64,000 bases of DNA from Comamonadaceae bacterium (GTDB lineage Bacteria > Pseudomonadota > Gammaproteobacteria > Burkholderiales > Burkholderiaceae_C), in the NCBI GenBank assembly GCA_027483665.1, contig JAIXUC010000020.1, positions 68,719 through 132,718 of the forward strand, written 5' to 3'. The notes beneath the pieces are model-generated. The model ran no database searches. It saw nothing but the letters and a program-made list of their open reading frames with translations, and was not told the origin of the DNA. The stretch's first letter is position 1. The number at the start of each line of letters is the position of its first letter. The position numbers were made by a program, and so were the translations under genes. Below, piece after piece: positions 62,655-64,000 of the stretch.

Positions 62655-63778
62655 CGGATAGGGTCTGAACGTGACGCATCCCACTCGTCCACCCGCACCG
62701 GCACCCGCTGCGCCAAGGCGCACATCAATTCGTAACCCACGGTTCCTGCTGCTGCTGCTGGCTCGTCGATGGACAGCACCGCGCCGTTGCTGGCTTGGCC
62801 CCACAGCACCACCTCGCTGCCGATGCCAGCCTGGGAATGGGCGCTCAGGTCGACGCACAGCATGTCCATGCTGACGCGCCCCAGGGTCCGGCTGTGAACG
62901 CCCTCCACCAACACCGGGGTGCCGGTGGGGCACAGGCGCGGATAGCCGTCGGCGTAGCCGCAGGCCACGATGCCGACGCGCATGGGCTGCTCTGCGGTGA
63001 AGCTGGAGCCATAACCCACGGTGTCGCCCACCTGCAGGTCTTGCGTGGCGATGATCTGCGCGCTCAGCGTCATCGCGGGTTGCAGGTCCCAGTGCGCGGC
63101 GTCGTTCTGTGGAAAGTCTGGTGAGCTGCCGTAGACCGCAATGCCGGGGCGCACCCAGTCGGGCTTCAAGCCCAGCGCTTGCGCGTGGCGCAAGGTGGCT
63201 GCGCTGTTGCTGAGCGTGCGCTCGCCGGGCAGGTCTTGCGTGTGCGCTTGAAACACCGCCATTTGATGCGCCACGCCGCGCGGCCCGTCGGCGTCGCTGA
63301 AGTGCGTCATGAGGCTGATTTCATCGACTTGCGGCAGCACGTTCAAGCGCGTCCACGCGGCGCGAAAGCGGGCCGGTGGGAAGCCCAGGCGGTTCATGCC
63401 CGAGTTCATCTTCAGAAACACGCGGTGGGGCACTTGCGTTTTGTGCTGGGCCAACATGTCGATTTGCGCATCGCAGTGCACCGTGTGCCACAGCCCCAAG
63501 CGTGAGCACAGCTCCAGGTCACGGGGCTCGAACACGCCCTCCAGCAAAAGCACAGGGCCACGCCAGCCCAAGGCGCGCAGGCGTTCGGCCTCATTCAAAT
63601 CGAGCAGTGCAAAACCATCGGCACCGCGCAAGCCCTCAAAGGCGTGTTCGATGCCGTGGCCGTAGGCATTGGCCTTGACGACAGCCCAAACGCGGGTGTC
63701 GGGCGAGGCTTGGCGCACGCGTTGCAGGTTGTGGCGCAGCGCTTCGGTGTGGATGGTGGCAAGGATGGGGCGGGGCAT
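62624..63778 (-). CDS. alr: Alanine racemase
   Basis: [17 protein letters not shown]...[14 protein letters not shown] (PLP Lys) ...[10 protein letters not shown]...VGYGSSF...GYADGYPR. Confidence 0.93.
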   Translation of the reverse strand: MPRPILATIHTEALRHNLQRVRQASPDTRVWAVVKANAYGHGIEHAFEGLRGADGFALLDLNEAERLRALGWRGPVLLLEGVFEPRDLELCSRLGLWHTVHCDAQIDMLAQHKTQVPHRVFLKMNSGMNRLGFPPARFRAAWTRLNVLPQVDEISLMTHFSDADGPRGVAHQMAVFQAHTQDLPGERTLSNSAATLRHAQALGLKPDWVRPGIAVYGSSPDFPQNDAAHWDLQPAMTLSAQIIATQDLQVGDTVGYGSSFTAEQPMRVGIVACGYADGYPRLCPTGTPVLVEGVHSRTLGRVSMDMLCVDLSAHSQAGIGSEVVLWGQASNGAVLSIDEPAAAAGTVGYELMCALAQRVPVRVDEWDASRSDPIRYLPGKSAKL

Positions 63779-63958
63779 GGCGAGGCGAGGTCAACGGCGT
63801 GACGAAGGCTGGTGTGCGAGGGGATTCTGTCATTGGGTGCGTGATATAAGAACTGCGCCCTGGAGACAAGACATCGTTCATATGACATCAGACGCACTGA
63901 TGCAATGGCTTCATGCAGTCCGCCTGATGCACCCTGCCGCCGCTCGCCGCCGCACCTC

Positions 63959-64000
63959 ATGAAGCGCGGCTTCTACACCATCATGTCGGCGCAGTTTTTC
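63959..64000 (+). CDS. lplT: Lysophospholipid transporter LplT (MFS), first 14 codons only
   Basis: MKRGFYTIMSAQFF... matches the conserved LplT N-terminus. Truncated by the window end. Confidence 0.5.
   Translation, partial: MKRGFYTIMSAQFF

Overview
High-GC chromosomal window with strong GC3 bias. Gene content, gene order and protein signatures look like a Burkholderiales/Comamonadaceae-type betaproteobacterium; this is inferred from reading the proteins, as no search was run. I can support about 60 protein-coding genes, one riboswitch, a few promoter/terminator elements and several repeat clusters. I see no rRNA, tRNA, CRISPR array, transposase or prophage.

Left to right:
- tetR plus an RND efflux operon (1-4416), a GST, purB, yaeQ, a Mn-riboswitch-controlled TerC exporter and an M48/TPR protease.
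- A type IV pilin locus on the minus strand: a TfpX/TfpZ-like accessory gene, an interposed moaC, two tandem PglL/TfpO-type O-oligosaccharyltransferase genes, and pilA with a C-terminal Ser and a sigma-54 promoter.
- Directly upstream of pilA, the most interesting part: a tight six-gene minus-strand operon (16941-26689). It encodes a CHASE2 Ser/Thr kinase, a PP2C phosphatase, a double-FHA protein, a CHASE2 class III nucleotidyl cyclase, a class II cNMP phosphodiesterase and a GspE/PilB-family ATPase with an N-terminal GAF domain. I read it as a candidate phospho-threonine plus cyclic-nucleotide switch for a pilus-type motor ATPase, and I know of no experimental characterisation.
- A second TerC paralogue with sucCD, then argC and an 11.5-kb uronate/aldarate catabolic island (garR-garL-garD-TRAP-lactonase-udh / gntR-gudD-oxidoreductase).
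- A 0.7-kb repeat-filled intergenic region, NMO, recX-recA, marR, an OmpR/HK pair, SPOR-birA-SET, and topB with an H1-like/SWIB tail.
- A glpQ-like gene, waaF-zf-ilvE-hyp-radA, and an intergenic region with tandem repeats and a 30-bp perfect hairpin.
- A ydeI-like gene, a GRDP-like/CPBP-protease/lipoprotein trio, a decayed GNAT gene, alr and the start of lplT.
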